DNA from: Octopus bimaculoides
Lineage: Eukaryota
NCBI RefSeq assembly: GCF_001194135.2
Contig: NC_068999.1
Coordinates: 16,746,476 to 16,810,475 of the forward strand
Direction of reading: 5' to 3'
Length of the DNA: 64,000 nt
This document shows, in pieces, positions 51,630-64,000 of the stretch. The translations under genes were made by a program, and so were the position numbers. The notes under the pieces are model-generated. The model was not told where the DNA came from. It saw only the letters and a program-made list of their open reading frames with translations, and did not search any database. Position 1 is the stretch's first letter. Every line of letters begins with the position of its first letter.

Positions 51630-51945
51630 TGCAGACAGCTGACAAAATAGATACTGATGTCCTTCAAGACAACAAAACAAAAATTATGTTGACCCTGTGT
51701 AAATCATTTATCTGCAGCCGCCTGGACTACTGCTCCCATTTATGGTCACCACATAGTGCCAGACTAAGAGCGGAGCTTGAGGCAGTCCAACACCACCACA
51801 CTAGAAAGGCTGAAACAGTGCAGCGGATGGGCTACAAGGAGAAGGCCGAGAAGACTGCAACTTTACTCCCTGGAATGAAGGCATGAGAGATATGCAATAA
51901 TCTACATATGGAAAATTCTAGAAGGGCTAGTACCTAATTTCGCCA
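51630..51945 (+). mobile_element. CR1/L2-like LINE, fragment C-terminal to the RT domain
   Basis: KIMLTLCKSFICSRLDYCSHLWSPHSARLRAELEAVQHHHTRK, then after a frameshift LQLYSLE*RHERYAIIYIWKILEGLVPNF. These match the SRLDYC.LWSP and LYSLERRRERY..IY.WKI motifs. Confidence 0.85.
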
Positions 51946-51989
51946 TTTAGTGCTATACAAATGCTAAAAATTGGCCGCCATTGTATTGT

Positions 51990-52653
51990 CATCATTATCC
52001 TTCGACCAACCTGTGGTTAGTCGTAACTTCATTGGCAATCCCTTTCCACAATACACGGTCCTGCATTGTTGTGTTCAGATCGCTAATATCCAGCCCTGAA
52101 TCCCGAGATATAGTATCTGGAAATGTCAGTTTCCTGGAGAAAACGCTTCCAGAAGGATGCCATAGGAGCAGAGATGAGATAACCTCTTTCACTGTTCGAT
52201 GACAGTGGCCGGCAATTTGTAGCCGTTTCTGTTTTAGCTTCAGGGATATTGGTATCAGATTTCTGTAGGTGTTAATAAGTGTTCGGTGTGATCTCCAACT
52301 GATGTTCCATATCTTTCTCAGAAGATTGGTTCAATCTAGTTGCTTTTTTAAGAGAGCCAATAAGGTCCCGGTCTCTGACCCGTAGAGAAAGCCCGGCTCA
52401 ATCAGTGTTCTAAATGTTTTAACTTTTGACATGGGTGGAAGGCTTGAGTGCCACGTCTTATCAAGTCTGTTACATGCATCCGAAGCAAGAGCTTTGCTGA
52501 TGCGAAAGTCTTTTTGAGTGTCTGCTATGAGTGATCCAAGATATTTGAAGTGGTCAACGTTTTTGATTGATATATTACTGAGCGATTGAAGTTCGGTTTA
52601 CTTGGAAGAGGTCGTGATAATCTCTGTCTTACTCTCGTTGCAGTAAAGGCCGA
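51990..52653 (-). mobile_element. 5'-truncated RTE-clade LINE
   Basis: VGLYCNESKTE...VDHFKYLGSLI...FRTLIEPGFLYGSET...RLQIAGHCHR...SLLLWHP...KLTFPDTISRDSG...MQDRVLWK*. It has a short ATG/ATA-type tail and is flanked by the direct repeat CCATTGTATTGT (51978-89; 52654-65). Confidence 0.9.
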
Positions 52654-54170
52654 CCATTGTATTGTACCATTGTATTGTACCATTGTATTGAACAAGAAAG
52701 TGATACTTCTGAGAGTCTATTACGTAAGTGTGTGTTTGTGTGTATATATATATAAGGCATATAAGAAAATGGAGAGGATAATCAATCGCCAAATTTTTGC
52801 CTGTAGACATTCATTTACATCTATTTATTAATTGATTACAATCATATGTATAAGTAATCAAAATAATCAAATGAATATGAACAAATGAGCGAAGAAATAC
52901 TAAGCGCTTACAGTAAGAGCTTACTATTTTCCACTTATTTATTCTTATTCACATTCATGTCTTTATTTTTATTTATCTATTTATTTACTTGTTTATTTGC
53001 TTATTTCATTTGTTTATTTTGATTACTTATACATATGATTGTAACCAATTAATAAATAGATATAAATGAATGTCCACAGGCTGATGTTTTGATTGATTAA
53101 CCTCTCCATTTTCTTATTTGCCTTATAAATTCTGGGCATTATTATTATAGACTCAAACTGGTACAACTAGTTTTATATCTGAAATAAGAATTCAGTGATT
53201 CTTTGAACGTATTAAAGAAAGATACCTGATTATATATATGCACACGCACACACAAACACATGCACACACACGCACGCACACATTCACATACATAGTGGTC
53301 TGGTATTCCTTTTATTTACGCTTTTGTGTGTGCTTTTATACTGTACTGTTTTATACTTTCGACAGTTAAAAAGTTTTTGATAAATGCATAAATTCGGAAG
53401 CAATGAAATTTTATGTTCATTTCCCTTGGTATTTTTCTAAACGCAAAGGCGCTTTCAGCACCGCCCCGCCGTAAGTTTTCAAATACATGTAATATTAACT
53501 ATGTTTCATTGCGACTGTGTAACTGTAACACTGAAGATGTTATGCACGTTAGAAGGCTTAACAGAAATACTTGCAATATTTAGTCCCTCCCACCACCACC
53601 ACCAACGTAGTCGTAAATCAAATTGAAATGCTCTGACAATTTTAGCTTTTCTCAACCTATTATCAATAATACTTATTCCAGCGATGTATTAAGGCGACGG
53701 TTTGGTAAAATCTTTGAAGCACCGAGGAAAATAGCTGCGGCATTTGTTCGGTCTTTCAAGTTTTAATTTTAAGTAATACTAAGCTAAAATTTGCTTTCAT
53801 TCTATCCAGATCAATGAAATTAAATACCTAACTGAGAAGGTAGAAAGTTAGAATTAATGGAGATGTAGACATTGTAATTTGTATAATATGTTGCATCTCT
53901 TCATGTTGAGTGCAAGAGCAGGATTGGCGTACTTGTCAGTGTCTGGCCGATATCATTGTGTCTTGTTAAAACAAAAACAAAAAAAAATATGCTAAAGGAA
54001 GGCCCAGAGAAACTACTTTTGTATTCTGCGTAGACAATTCCGAAACCACCTAACAGCGTTTGTTAAGAAAATAATCATTTTCCGCTAATCGAACTCATGG
54101 CACGTTCTAAGCCATCGGTATATTTAGTTATGTAGGTAACCTTCAATGAGAAAGAAGCAAAAGAGTCTGA

Positions 54171-55722
54171 AAAATGCATAGCGTTATTTACTTTTAGTTC
54201 TCTACATCCTGAGTTCAAATACTGTCGTGGTCAGCTTTGTGTTATCCTTTCGGGGTCGATAAAATAAAGTACAATTTAAGTACTCGAGTCGATAAGATCG
54301 ACTTACCCTGTTGCCTAAAATTATTGACCTGGTATCCATCTTATTTCAAAATTTTGGCACGAAGCCAGTAGTTTCGGTGGAGGGGATAAGTCGATTACAT
54401 CAACTCCAATACTCAACAGTTACTTATTTTAAACATCACGAAACAATGAAAGGCAAAGTCGAGCCCGACGGTATTTGAACTCAGAACGTAAAGTCGGTAG
54501 AAATACCGCTAAGCATATGTTTGGTGCGCTAACTATCCCGCCAGCTCGACGCGTTACCTTGTGTCACTATTGGAAATAATTATACGCGGAGTGACGGTAG
54601 AATCGTCAGCACATCGGGCAACAAGCTAAGTGATATTTCATCAATATTTTTCGTCCTGAGTTCAAATTCCGCCGGTATCGACTTCGGCTTTTCATCCTTT
54701 CGGAGGTCGATAAAATAAGTAGCAGACGAGCTCACAGGTCCATGTAATCGACTCACTCACTCTCCTCGAAATCCATGGCCGTGTGCCAAAATGTGAAACC
54801 AATATTAGAATTAATTGATATTAACATTAAGCCGGGAAGCTGGCAGAATCGTTAGCACGCCGGAAAACAAAGATATATAGTTGCATTTCTTCCGGCACTT
54901 TATGGTCTGTGTTCAAATCCTGCCGAAGTCGATTTTGCATTTCGTTGTTTCGGTGTCGATAATATAAGTACGAGAATGCGGTGAGGTGGCAGAAATGCTG
55001 CCACGCTGAGCGAAATGCTTAGCGGTATTTCGTCTGTCTTACGTTCTGAGTTCAATTTCCACTGAGGTCGACTTCGCCTTTCATCCTTTTGGGATCGATA
55101 AATTAAGTGCCGGTCACGCACTGGGGCCGATGTAATCGACTTACATCCTTCCCCAAAATTTCGAGCCTTTGCCTCGAATAGAAAATAATATAAGTACCAG
55201 TCAAGTACTAGGATCAACATACTCGCATGAACCCCTCCCCACAAAATTGCTAGCCTAATGCTAAAATTGAAAAGAGTTATTAATGGTAATGATGGAGACG
55301 AGTTGTCTGACTCGTTAGATCGTGAAAGAAATACCTCGCAGCATCTGTTTCGGATCTGTATTTATATACTCTGTGTTTAAATCCTACCGCACACAAAATT
55401 TTATTCCTCAGAAGCCGATGAAGCCGATAAAAATAAAGTCAATTATCGGGTTCGATGGTATCGCATGATTACTCTCCTTCCTCTCAAAAGTGCTAGCCAT
55501 TTACATAATAAACCAGAAATCGTTATTTACAGCTTACAAGGCGACGTGCTGGCAGAATCGTTAGGACGCAGGGCGGAATGCTTAGCGGCATTTCGTCTGC
55601 CTTTACGTTCAGAGTTCATCCCTTCAGTTTCGATAAAATAAGCACCAATTAAGCACTGGGGCTGATGCAATCGACTTACCACTATCCTCCAAATAGTTGG
55701 CTTTGAGCCAAAATTTGAAACT
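54171..55722. mobile_element. Cluster of about 8 SINE family A copies
   Basis: Approximate copies: 54171-54337(+), 54343-54552(-), 54588-54800(+), 54830-54972(+), 54978-55185(+), 55190-55275(+, 3' part), 55295-55510(+, degenerate), 55538-55722(+). Each carries parts of TGGCAGAATCGTTAG, GAGTTCAAAT, TTCATCCTTTCGGGGTCGATAAA or GTAATCGACTTAC. Confidence 0.9.
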
Positions 55723-56871
55723 ATTATTATTAGTAGTAGTAGTAGTAGTAGTAGCTGTTGTAGTAGTAGCAGCAGCAGCAGTTAAATTATTTATGAATTT
55801 TTGTGTGCTGGGAAAACATTCCGTCACGAATATTTTGCCAATTATGGGTGGAGGGAGAATAATACTGCAATTTTTTTTATTTCCATGTTTAATTTTTGAA
55901 GTTCGTGTTGCATTACTTTTACGGTATGCTCTATAATTTTAACAAATGAGATAAGGGAAATATTCGAGAAATGAGAATTTGTACTTTATCTTTCTGTTAA
56001 CGAATGCGCGCAGTGGAGTGTGCCACGTATACCACACATATATAAGACCTATTATGTCCATTTTATGAAGCTGATTCCACGCCTTTAACTATAATATCAA
56101 AATACTTGGAAGCGTTCAGTATTCATGAATAAAAGCGCACATCTAAGATATCAAATAAAAATGCAATAAATACTGTGAATTTTCACATCTTCTCTTTAGG
56201 GAATCAAACATGAATATCTCGATTTGCTCTCTTCCAAATATTTGCCACTTATATAGTCAACGTCACTTGATTGGATTCTTTCTCAACAGCTTATGGCTAA
56301 GGCTGTGAATGAATACTTAGATTTCGATTTTGCTGCAACTACCCAATCTCGTAAAACGCAATAACTTTCGTTTAATAGTGCTGCTTTCATGTAAAGTATT
56401 TCGCACTTCCGCGTCCCTCATTGTAAAAAAAAAAAATGTATATATTTATGTTATCCATGTGTTCATATGATGTATACATTTTGTAACACGATGTTTTTTT
56501 TCTAGCCCATTCAAAAAGAACACTAATAGATTCCTATATATATGTTTTAGTTTATCAATGGCATTACCCACAACGAGCTCAAAATACACGCACAGAATAT
56601 CACAACACGAATGATACATATAAGTTCTCATAAAAAAAGAATGCATGTATATATATGCGTTGTGAAACAAAAAAAAATCACCAAAGAGCTATGTAAATAT
56701 ATGCCGCAATGTATTATGTGGAAAACAATAAAAAATATTTCGAATAACACTTCGCAAACATGATGAATAGATTCCAACTATCAGAAAATACAAGCTACAT
56801 TTAACACACATACATACACATATATATATATATATACACCTTTATAATTGTATGTGTGTATTATATATGTG

Positions 56872-56907
<36 letters not shown>

Positions 56908-57016
56908 CATATATATACATATACATATATATATATACATATCCATATATATACACATATACATATACATATATATATACATATACACATTGATAATTGT
57001 ATATGTGTATTATATA

Positions 57017-57092
<76 letters not shown>

Positions 57093-58739
57093 CATACATA
57101 TATATATATCAACATATGTATACACGCTCACATATTCATGCATATATATATATGCACACTTGCATTCATACATAGATACTTGCAAACATGCATGCATGAA
57201 TACGCACATGGCTCCTTTATAAATATCGAAATCCACACTGATCGAAATATCAAATCAAACAGCAATCACAGAAACACAAACACATACTTCTCTCTCTCTC
57301 ACGCACACTCATACACACACGCTCTCACACACACACTCGCCCAAACACACCCAGCATACACACACACACACACAAACAAACAGAAAATTGAATAAACACA
57401 TAAAACATACGCTTGCCAATCAATAATGGATGCGGGAATTCATTTAAAGACGAAAAAAATATTGTTTTGGAATAAACACGTAGACAAAATAGAAGAAAAA
57501 TAGATTTAAAAAAATTATACATCATGTAAAAATTACAATAAGAATTTTACGCTCAATTGTCACGGAATTAGTAGTGAAAAATAATGTTATTTTTATAATT
57601 ACTTTTTTCTTCTTCCAGAACAATGATTGGTGTTTTATTAATAGAAGCGGAAATGTTGGTAGGGTGTACTTATTTTTTTATATGACCGATTGTCAACAGC
57701 TCTTCAATTATTGTTAAATTGGAAAACGGAAGCAATTAATGAGGTTTAAAGATTAAAAGCCTATTAAAACTCAGTGTTATGAAAACGTGATTTGCTTTAG
57801 TTATAAAAAAGTAAAAATAACAAACAAAAACAAAACAAAACAAAACAAAAAAAATCAACGAAGAACCCACAACTAAGACGAGTGTAAAACTAACAATTTA
57901 ATAATCGATTACAAAATAAATTGTCAATGAAATAAACTTAGGGGTTCAACTTGTTGGTTGTATGAATGGTGTGAAAACTTATCCGAGTTCTTGTTATATT
58001 CTGAAGAAAATGTCTTGCAATTTATAACCCAAATAACTGCACACAGGAAATCAAACAAAATTAAACAAGGAAGCAAATCCGAAGTGCCATTTACATCTTA
58101 TCATGGCTAATATTACATGTTCAAATTTCTGAGTCTTTCACACCATGTGCTATCATAGCAATTTCTATATGGCTTTCAGAAAATTTTATGACTTTTAGAT
58201 TAATAGTTTTCTATGAGGTTTTTCTTTGGAGTGCTTCTTAATCGAAAAGTTCATCTCAATGATGATGATAAAGGTTACTACCAGCTAATTACAGTCTGGA
58301 ATGAAGTTTTCATAGCAATTATCACATGCCGACTGTAAACAAATTAAAGATTTAAGGGTAATTGAACGCCGCAATTCAAACCGCTGACATATTTTAGTTT
58401 GTGTCCTGCAAGTAGAGCATCATATACAGATACACAGCAGTTAAAACCACATTTACTGCCGGTGCAGAATACACTGTGTTAGTTCGCAGTGTATACTTAT
58501 GCGTTGTGATTAGTCCTTCAGTGAGTTACAACGAAAAAGTTAGAATAGAGCACTTCTTGTATTTCTCATTGGGATACTATACTCTTTAAAGTTCGTACAA
58601 AACTATCTAGCTAGTTATCAACCTGAATGCATATATCTCTGAGAGTATGTGTGTATGGTGTGTGTATGTATATACTGATGTATGTATACTTGTGTGTTAT
58701 ATAAGACGGCATAATGCCACAAAGCTGAATAGAGGAGAG

Positions 58740-59110
58740 ATGGAAACAGCAAGTCAGCAAAGATCATGCAACTTTAGAATTCGTGAGAACTGTCCACTAG
58801 CTGGTAACTGTCTGCAAATATCGATAGTTTACAATGAAAATATGTATCAAACAGTAGTGATCAACCTAAATCATACACTAGGTTGACGGAACTCGTATAC
58901 AAAAAACGTTATTACAAGTATACACATTTATTTGTCAGCCCCGACAGAAATCGTGCTACGGCTATGTCGGAGTTTATGTATCTTGCGAGAGACAAGTCTT
59001 CATTAAAGCAAAATTATCTGGTCTATTGTCGATAATGTGCAACCTTGCGGGAACGGAAGCTTCAAATCAAAGATGCGGTATGACCTTTATTTGAGCGATA
59101 AAACTTAGAA
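58740..59110 (+). mobile_element. Penelope-like element, GIY-YIG endonuclease-region fragment
   Basis: SCNFRIRENCPLAGNCLQISIVYN (CNC-x4-CPLxGxCL pattern), then after frameshifts ATAMSEFMYLA and IWSIVDNVQPCGNGS (cf. ATELSKxxW and WSI...PY.NGS). Confidence 0.75.
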
Positions 59111-59224
59111 TTTTGACTCTAGGCGTAAATAGTTTGAACAAAAGAAATGAGATGTTAACGCCTTTTATGCACGCAGCTAAGTATTTTTTTATGCAAATAG
59201 ATGCCTCAGAGACTGTTGTTCTAG

Positions 59225-59301
<77 letters not shown>

Positions 59302-60065
59302 TGTGGTCTTCGAAATGTTGACTTACAAAGTTTTATTGATATACGTTTTACTATGTGGGTGCATGGCTACATGTGAATATATGTTTATAAGTATATGCAC
59401 ATGTATGTGTACCACTAATATCTAAGTCTATGTATATGTGTATGTCTATTGGTGTACATATGTCCATATGCATGCGTCTGCATAGACGCATGCGTCTGCA
59501 TAGATGCATGCACAATGAATATCTGCTTATACTTTCATTCTTTTTAAAAAGGACACTAATTAAAAATATTAATTAAAAGTATTGTTTTGGAACATTACTT
59601 AAACAGCAACGCTAATTCATGACTGATTGTATGGGGCTTATGACGCTTGTAATAATATTACCACGAGAACAAGAAATGAAATGCGTAGCTTCAAGCAGCC
59701 ATTTTCGTACGTGTCGTTCACAAAGCTTTCAGAAAGAACTTAAGGACAAATGTTTCCTTCAAACTTTCATTTCATATTTTGAAAAATACTCAGACAGTGA
59801 ATACTCAAAAGAAAACTGGTTTCAGTTTACCAGCAGATGATCGGGAACTAGGAACTTTGAATGCCAATAATCGGAGTCTCTCCAGTGATAGCGTATTAAA
59901 GTATACTCTATATTGGTATTGAGTACTGTAAATTGTTGGTTCTGGTGAATCAAAAGAGATTGATGTACATGCATGCATACACACGCACATACATACATAA
60001 CTACATACATACATACATAAATATACATATATATATACATAACTACATACATACATACATACATG

Positions 60066-60400
60066 GTAAAGACACTTTCCATCATGAACGACCGTGGAAT
60101 TGCGCCAAGAAACTTACACTCCGAGGCACAAGTCCGGACGCGGCTCTTTATGGAAGACCAACGTTCACCCATGCTTACCAAACTCCCTTCCCTACGGTAC
60201 AGATGTCGTCCAAAGTAAACGCAAAGGCTGATACAGCTTAGCACCAGTGACGTCGCAACTCATTACATCTGAGTGAATTGGAGTGATGTGAAATAAAGTG
60301 TCATGCTCAAGAACACAACACACAACCCGGTCCAAGAATCGAACTCACTACTTCATGGTTGTGAGTTTGATACTCTAACCAATTAGCCATACGCCTTCTT
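60066..60400 (-). mobile_element. tRNA-derived SINE (third family)
   Basis: Minus head GGCGTATGGCTAATTGGTTAGAGTATCAAACTCACAACCATGAAGTAGTGAGTTCGATTCTTGGACC has A and B boxes, followed by TTGTGTTCTTGAGCATGACACTTTATTTCAC. It ends in a (ATGT)n tail. Confidence 0.7.
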
Positions 60401-60465
60401 TGCATACATAACTTATATGTATGTAAACATTGGTTTGAGTTCAAGAAAATATTGTAATTTATTAA

Positions 60466-60571
60466 CGATTTTTCATGCCCGTCAAATGCAGGGATGGTGT
60501 TCGTTTCCATGTTGGATTAAAACAAAATGGAGGCGAACACCATTCTTTCCAAGTGACAGCTTCAAAAAGGG
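60466..60571. mobile_element. Miniature piggyBac-like MITE
   Basis: TTAA at 60462-65 and 60572-75. The right end AAAAAGGG|TTAA corresponds to a CCCTTT-type TIR, and the left end is degenerate. Internal inverted arms are GATGGTGTTCGTTTCCAT and ATGGAGGCGAACACCATT. Confidence 0.55.
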
Positions 60572-62405
60572 TTAAGATGATAAGATATTTTCTTAACAAG
60601 ACTTAATGCACAAATAAGGAATTGTTTATCCACCAATGCAGTGTTCAGCACTCACTGATAGATATTTCCGTATATATATATATATAGACACACATACATA
60701 CACACATACATTACATACATAAATATACATATACATACACGACATCCATGCATATATGTGTGTGTGTGTGTGTGTGTGTGTAGGTGTGTGTGTGTGTGTG
60801 TGTGTAGGTGAGTGTGTGTGTCTGTATGTAGGTGAGTGTGTGTGTCTGTATGTATGTATGTATGTATGTATAAGAACTTCCTTGTTCGAGGTATAAGGAC
60901 GCAATTGTGCGTCGGTAGCCAGCCGGAAAAGATGCTTTCCTGGGGCTAAAAAATGTGGTAACATCGTCCTAATCAGGACTGTAACTTTTCGTTGGTAAAT
61001 AGATTTTACTATCTGTCTCTCTTTCTTTCTCTCTCTTGTTTTGTATATATATATATATATATAAACATACACACACAGCAATGTATCTGTGTAGAGATAT
61101 TTTTGCGTATTTTTGTTATATTGTTCACATTGTTGATAAGAACCCGATTCCTGTCTTTTATCACCATTGATATTTCTTCATATCTTTGATGTATATAAAC
61201 GCTATTTGCACGTTTTATCTTGAATGTCTCTACGAACACCACCATGCATCTTATCAAAGAAACAAGAATATTGTACATTATCTATTCGACAAGCGGAATG
61301 CAATTTACTCGGAACATGTTCATGTTCGTGTTTACATACGCTTTTAAAGTTTTGCAGTTAATTACTAGAAAACGAATAAGTAACGAGAAATAAAAGACTA
61401 GACTGTAAGCATTATAAGGTGTGGTAAGTTAAATTACGTTAGGATTTGCTAGTGTACTCGTAAAGAGAGAATAACAGATAATTGCAATTACTTAATTGAT
61501 TGAATAGTTATCGCAAACTATTCAACTTATTTTGATAATCCGATCAATAATAGGCTATACTTTGATTAAGGAAACGATTTAATTAAAATTTTAGCTAAAA
61601 ATAGAATTTATCCATGAGATGGATGTTACTAAATTGAGTCAAGATTACAGAGCACAGACACAAAATTTGCCTTCTTCATTTCTCTTTTCATCTTCCATGG
61701 ATCTCTTTTCAAACGATCTGCTAGTCAAGACTGTATTGCCTTTTCTAAACACATCGCACTTTTATTAAGAAGATTTACCATATGGACACAAGGTCACACA
61801 AATTTTTCATGCGCATGAATTGTACTGTCGCCATCGCTTCATTGTCTTTTTGTTATCAACCCTGGTGATTGATCTTGGTAATTTAAGAATCTCATTGACT
61901 GAAGATTAAAGTTGAGTTTTATCAACACCACACATCACTGAACTTATATTTCATGAAAATGCATTCTATAGCATAAAAGCTAGTCATGTTTTTCTGTCGC
62001 TAAGTTTAGTAGACTCTCACTGCAACTATATGCTTCCGTATATAAAACAGAAATAACTGCTATTTTTAAGCTTGCGTCACAGGAAATATTACAAATGAAA
62101 TCATTTAAGAAGAGACACTACACGTTTTACCCTATCCTTACGGAGATGGGGATAGTAAACAATCATAACTCTTCTAATATAAAGCATATAATACCCGGGT
62201 ACAGTTATAAAGGATTGTAGAAGAGACAACATATTGGCTGATGGATGTGAGAAGATTCCATAATAAATTAAATTCAAATACATAGAAGGCGCACGAAGAG
62301 AAAGTCTTCTAATTCTGATATTAACCCCATAAATTTTGAATTTATAAGCCATGAAGAAGGTTGGTAGGCACACAATACACTCATATTCACAAGACACGAG
62401 AATAT

Positions 62406-62452
<47 letters not shown>

Positions 62453-62840
62453 NNNNNNNNNNNNNNNNNNNNNNNNNNNNNNNNNNNNNNNNNNNNNNNN
62501 NNNNNNNNNNNNNNNNNNNNNNNNNNNNNNNNNNNNNNNNNNNNNNNNNNNNNNNNNNNNNNNNNNNNNNNNNNNNNNNNNNNNNNNNNNNNNNNNNNNN
62601 NNNNNNNNNNNNNNNNNNNNNNNNNNNNNNNNNNNNNNNNNNNNNNNNNNNNNNNNNNNNNNNNNNNNNNNNNNNNNNNNNNNNNNNNNNNNNNNNNNNN
62701 NNNNNNNNNNNNNNNNNNNNNNNNNNNNNNNNNNNNNNNNNNNNNNNNNNNNNNNNNNNNNNNNNNNNNNNNNNNNNNNNNNNNNNNNNNNNNNNNNNNN
62801 NNNNNNNNNNNNNNNNNNNNNNNNNNNNNNNNNNNNNNNA

Positions 62841-62944
62841 TTTGACCGCAGTGGGTTTCTAACTGAGTAACTAAAGTACTCTAAGGAAATACACCACAAA
62901 GGCATTTGTCCGACGCACTGACGATTCTGCCAATCTACTGCCTT
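62841..62944 (-). mobile_element. SINE family A head, truncated at gap
   Basis: Minus strand AAGGCAGTAGATTGGCAGAATCGTCAGTGCGTCGGACAAATGCC. Confidence 0.6.
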
Positions 62945-63040
62945 ATTATAATAATACCACATGAATGAATATCAGTAGTAAGTTAATTTGCGAAATATTA
63001 GAAACACTAGCGATGCCAAATTATCAGGAAAAATATTCAG

Positions 63041-63087
<47 letters not shown>

Positions 63088-63824
63088 GTAGTAGAAAATA
63101 TATTATCCTGCCCAAAAGTATTATATCTGAAGCGAGCCATCCATGTAAACTAAAATGAGCATTAGATATGTTTTCCGCTTATGCGTTTTACAGCAAGCTT
63201 ATCCATGCATTCATGATACGATATTAAACATGATTTTATTAGGAGTATAGGGAATGCTGCTTTTGATTGCGTTGCATATATGGACGTCTGAATGCCCGAG
63301 GTTTCTCTGTATCATTTTCCTCTCTTTATATGTATATATATATCATTGTTAGTTTTATTGGTTATTTTATGTTATTTTTGTTAGACTTGCAATTCAAATT
63401 TGTTGTCTCCGCCGAAGTTGTTTGATTGGAGGCAATCTATATAACAGATTTTCTACATCACTGAAGCAATGTATGTTTATGTTCTTAGAAATATAGATGC
63501 AAACATGCTGATATATTCATAAACCAAGAGAAACTCTGAAAGCACACATAATCTCAAACATACACACACACACACAAACAAACGCGCATACATGTATAAA
63601 TATAGAAAGAGAGAGAGAGAGAGAGAGGGAAAGCGAGTGAGAGAGAGAGAAAGGGAAAGCGAGTGAGAGAGAGAGAGAGAGAGGGAAAGCGAGTGAGAGC
63701 GAGAAAGACGGAGAAGCATCAATACACATGTATATAATCATACATTTGTACATGTATGTAGAGTTAAATAGATGTATATACATACATGCATATATATATA
63801 TATATGTATATATATACATATATA

Positions 63825-63930
63825 TACATATATAATTATACATATATCTATACACATATATATACATATATAATTATACATATATCTATACACATATATA
63901 TACATATATAATTATACATATATCTATACA
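63825..63930. repeat. 38-bp higher-order minisatellite, about 3 copies
   Basis: TACATATATAATTATACATATATCTATACACATATATA repeated in tandem. Confidence 0.9.
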
Positions 63931-64000
63931 CACACCTATACATATATAGGTATATATATATATACGTATATATATATATATATATATACACATATATATA

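Noticed and set aside
54171-55722. Repeat-spacer appearance suggesting a CRISPR-like or gene array
   Set aside because: Units are about 200 bp, variably truncated, in both orientations and match dispersed SINEs. The context is eukaryotic with no cas genes.
61640-61790. Signal-peptide-like plus frame, and a minus frame with KR dibasic sites
   Set aside because: Short frames bounded by stops, lacking start or splice context. A neuropeptide reading is unsupported.

Overview
AT-rich, microsatellite-saturated eukaryotic DNA from a gapped draft assembly. The SINE families and repeat landscape point to an octopus (inference, not a database match). No complete, recognisable protein-coding gene can be supported, and nearly all ORFs in the supplied track are microsatellite or N-gap artefacts. 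The well-supported content is transposon debris: two copies of a maT/DD37D-type Tc1/mariner, a deleted DD34D mariner, Penelope-like RT and GIY-YIG fragments, CR1-like and RTE LINE fragments, and about 25 tRNA-derived SINEs of at least three families, including an 8-copy cluster at 54.2-55.7 kb. Several small palindromic elements have end or target signatures of different superfamilies (MULE-like with 9-bp TSD, hAT-like with 8-bp TSD, piggyBac-like with TTAA, and one unclassified AACGTT-bounded foldback). The most interesting unexplained signal is a set of minus-strand exon-like islands between about 15 and 27.4 kb. Two of them splice in frame to a peptide with a possible fucosyltransferase-like (GT-B) motif pair, and nearby a splice-junction-like module is duplicated 2.3 kb apart. 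That gene model is a low-confidence hypothesis.
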